A DNA stretch of 64,000 nt from an uncultured Verrucomicrobiae bacterium (GTDB lineage: Bacteria > Verrucomicrobiota > Verrucomicrobiia > Limisphaerales > Palsa-1400): the NCBI GenBank assembly GCA_963707025.1, contig CAVPOM010000006.1:512001-576000 (forward strand). Reading direction: 5' to 3'. Positions 61,533 through 64,000 of the stretch are shown in pieces; the stretch's first letter is position 1, and the number at the start of each line of letters is the position of its first letter. A program made the position numbers and the translations under genes. Below the pieces are notes generated by a model. That model saw only the letters and a list, made by a program, of their open reading frames with translations, did not search any database and was not told where the DNA came from.

Positions 61533-61670
61533 ATGAAACGCCAGTATCAACCGTCGAAAATCCGGCGCAAACGCCAGCACGGCTTTTTGAATCGCAACTC
61601 CAAAAAAAGCGGGCGCGCCATTTTGGCCAATCGCCGCCGGGTCGGCCGCAAACGCCTCACCCCCGTTTAA
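61533..61670 (+). CDS. rpmH: 50S ribosomal protein L34
   Basis: [45 protein letters not shown] (below the ORF-track cutoff). Confidence 0.97.
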   Translation: MKRQYQPSKIRRKRQHGFLNRNSKKSGRAILANRRRVGRKRLTPV

Positions 61671-61676
61671 CCCGCC

Positions 61677-62048
61677 ATGCCTGGCGACTCTCCCGCCCCC
61701 TTGGGCTTCCCGCGTTCCAGCCGCTTGAAGCGGCCAGGCGAATTTGCGCGCGCGCGCGCGCAAGGCCGGCGCCTGATTTGCGGCTGCCTGATTGCCAATG
61801 TCCTGCCGCGCCCCGGCCGGCTGGCGGCGCGGCTCGGCGTGGTGACGGCCAAGACGGTGGGCAACGCGGTGGCGCGCAACCGGGCGCGGCGGCTGCTGCG
61901 CGAGAGCTTCCGCCTGCACCAGCACGAACTGGCCGGGCCGGTGGATTTGGTGCTGGTGGCCCGCCCGTCCATCGCGGGCAAGAAGCTGGCGGAGGTGGAA
62001 CGCGATTTTTTGCGCGTCCTGCGGCAGGCCGGGATCGGAGGCCCATGA
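61677..62048 (+). CDS. rnpA: Ribonuclease P protein component
   Basis: [26 protein letters not shown]. Confidence 0.95.
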   Translation: MPGDSPAPLGFPRSSRLKRPGEFARARAQGRRLICGCLIANVLPRPGRLAARLGVVTAKTVGNAVARNRARRLLRESFRLHQHELAGPVDLVLVARPSIAGKKLAEVERDFLRVLRQAGIGGP

Positions 62049-62416
62049 ACATCGGACAACGGATTTTGATTTTGCTGATTCGCGGTTATCAGGCGGTCCT
62101 TTCGCCGGCCCTGGCGGTTTTTTTCGGCCCGGCGGCGCGGTGCCGTTACACGCCCTCCTGCTCGCACTACGCCCGCGAGGCGATCAGCCGGCACGGCGTC
62201 CTGGCGGGTGGGGTGTTGGCAGCCAGGAGACTTTGCCGCTGCCACCCGTGGGGAGCGTCGGGCGATGATCCCGTGCCGTCTTCCCCTCTTAATCTTAATC
62301 CTAATCCTAATCTTAATCTCCGTACAACTGCACCAGGATTGGGATTAAGAGGATTAAGATTAAGATTAAGATTAGGATTAAGAGCGAACCCAAATCACCC
62401 CGGGCATGGACCGTAA
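62045..62416 (+). CDS. yidD: Membrane protein insertion efficiency factor YidD, with repeat-derived tail
   Basis: [35 protein letters not shown]. Confidence 0.93.
   Translation: MNIGQRILILLIRGYQAVLSPALAVFFGPAARCRYTPSCSHYAREAISRHGVLAGGVLAARRLCRCHPWGASGDDPVPSSPLNLNPNPNLNLRTTAPGLGLRGLRLRLRLGLRANPNHPGHGP
62286..62384. repeat. Inverted hexamer arrays (CTTAAT)n ... (ATTAAG)n inside yidD
   Basis: ctcttaatcttaatcctaatcctaatcttaatctc and gattaagattaagattaagattaggattaagag. Confidence 0.9.
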
Positions 62417-64000
62417 ATCACTTCTCATTTTAGTCGTCGCGGTGGCGGTGTTGTTCATGCTCTCGGGGCTGATCAATCATTTATTTCCGCCCCTCCAGGT
62501 GCCGGTCACGCCACTGGCCGCCTGGACAAATCAAACTGCCAATCCGCAAATGGCGCAGGGCGCCGGCACCAACCTCCCGGTTCCAACTCCGGGAGCGGCC
62601 GCAAACCCGCTGCCCGCCGCCGTCTCCAATCCTTCGCTGCCCGAGGTAACGCTGGCCGTTTCCAATCAGGATTTGATCTTTCATTTCACCTCGCGCGGCG
62701 GCGGGTTGAAGGAAATTGCCTTGCGCAATACCAATTATCCGGCGGTGGTCCACAGCCGGCTGCCGGCGCAGGATGAACGCAATTTTGCCACTTTGAATTC
62801 CGGACTCGCGAGTTTTTCCGCGGATGACATCACCGATTTGGGAAGGCTCATGGAGCGATTAAGGCGGCAGTCCGATCCAGTCTCCTCTTTTGTGTGGCAG
62901 AGATTGTCACCTCAGGAGCAATCATTTCTGATGAGCTATCAGCCTTCGGCGCCAACTGCGGCGCAAGCTCCCAGTATGGTGGCTCAAGGTCTTAACAGAA
63001 TAATGGCGGAACCATGCATTTACGAAGTCGAACTGTTTAAAGGGATCCCATTGCGATCTGAAACCAAGGCCCTGATGCAGCAAAATCCGGCCGGCCCCAA
63101 GTTGGCCCACCTCAACCGCCTGCTCCTCGAAGACGCTTTTTCAGTGGAATTGTCCAGGAACCTGAACTCAAGCGCCCCGGTTCCAATTCTGGCCATGCTC
63201 GGTGATAATGCCCTGGGCGACGATAACTTCACCCTCAGCCAGCCATCCAACAACCTCGTTCGCGCCGAGAAGACGCTGACCAATGGCCTGCGGGTGGTGA
63301 AGGAATTTGCGGTGGGCTACTCGGGCACCAATTATCTGTTCACCGCCAACATCCGGCTGGAAAACAATTCTTCGTCCACGTTGCAAATCCCGCGGCGCGA
63401 GGTGGTGGTGGGCACGGCCACGGCCATCGGGCCGCTGGACGATGTGACGACCCTGGGCGCCATGTGGTACAACGGCGACAAATCAACCGACATCGGAGCC
63501 GGCTGGTTTGCCAACGGGATGCTGGGCTGCGTCGAGGGAAAAACGCCCCCGACGATTTATGAAGGCGGCGCCAGCAACGTTGTCTGGGCCGCCATGCACA
63601 GCCAATACTTCGCCCTGGCCGCCATCCCCTCCCGGCCTGCTCCCGGCATTGTCATTCGCAACCCCAGCCTCTCGCCCCCTGACACCAACGGTATGGCCGG
63701 CGGCCAGCGGCTCACGATTACCAACGATTACAAAGGCTACCAAGCCTCTTTGGTTTATCCCGCCACACACCTGGACCCGCACCAGTCGCTGACCAATACT
63801 TTTACCTTTTACGCGGGGCCCAAGGAATACAACGGCCTGGCCAAAATTGGCCATTTCATGGGAAACAACCTGGATCTGGTCATGGGCTTCACCAGCTTTC
63901 TGGGTTTGTTTTCATTCTGCTCCAAGTTCCTGCTCATTTGGATGAACGGCCTCCATGATCTGGGGCTGACCTACGGTCTGGCCATCATCGCCATCACGGT
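62406..64000 (+). CDS. yidC: Membrane protein insertase YidC (runs off window end)
   Basis: MDRKSLLIL + [40 protein letters not shown]; canonical position after yidD. Confidence 0.93.
   Translation, partial: MDRKSLLILVVAVAVLFMLSGLINHLFPPLQVPVTPLAAWTNQTANPQMAQGAGTNLPVPTPGAAANPLPAAVSNPSLPEVTLAVSNQDLIFHFTSRGGGLKEIALRNTNYPAVVHSRLPAQDERNFATLNSGLASFSADDITDLGRLMERLRRQSDPVSSFVWQRLSPQEQSFLMSYQPSAPTAAQAPSMVAQGLNRIMAEPCIYEVELFKGIPLRSETKALMQQNPAGPKLAHLNRLLLEDAFSVELSRNLNSSAPVPILAMLGDNALGDDNFTLSQPSNNLVRAEKTLTNGLRVVKEFAVGYSGTNYLFTANIRLENNSSSTLQIPRREVVVGTATAIGPLDDVTTLGAMWYNGDKSTDIGAGWFANGMLGCVEGKTPPTIYEGGASNVVWAAMHSQYFALAAIPSRPAPGIVIRNPSLSPPDTNGMAGGQRLTITNDYKGYQASLVYPATHLDPHQSLTNTFTFYAGPKEYNGLAKIGHFMGNNLDLVMGFTSFLGLFSFCSKFLLIWMNGLHDLGLTYGLAIIAIT
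62802..63170 (+). other. 123-aa inserted domain in the YidC periplasmic region
   Basis: Bounded by LNS..LNS; many A/T-ending codons; homologous to the MgtA insert. Confidence 0.85.

Noticed and set aside
59993..63170. The MgtA/YidC inserts as inteins
   Set aside because: No Hint-domain motifs or terminal His-Asn; the pattern looks helical and the location is extracytoplasmic.

Overview
A GC-rich bacterial chromosome segment, probably Verrucomicrobiota (Pedosphaera/Limisphaera-like; inferred from protein style, not verified). Housekeeping genes: infC, leuA with a Leu attenuator, mnmA, metG, recG, serA-like, murJ, mgtA and rpmH-rnpA-yidD-yidC. Also present are a GldAFG-like ABC/DUF4340/AsmA operon, a detached fliG-fliM pair behind a sigma28 promoter, a sigma54 two-component envelope locus and sugar-processing enzymes. 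Accessory DNA includes one IS630, two ABC-ATPase+DUF4276 pairs, one intact and three decayed toxin-antitoxin modules, a repeat-flanked DUF559 nuclease, and at least six small TIR-bounded elements that carry GTAG-REP hairpins. The top finding is a ~120-aa domain ([21 protein letters not shown]) inserted in frame into extracytoplasmic parts of two unrelated membrane proteins, MgtA and YidC. Five genes carry six single-base insertions that look like sequencing errors. I found no rRNA, tRNA or CRISPR array. Family assignments come from motifs recognised by eye, not database searches.
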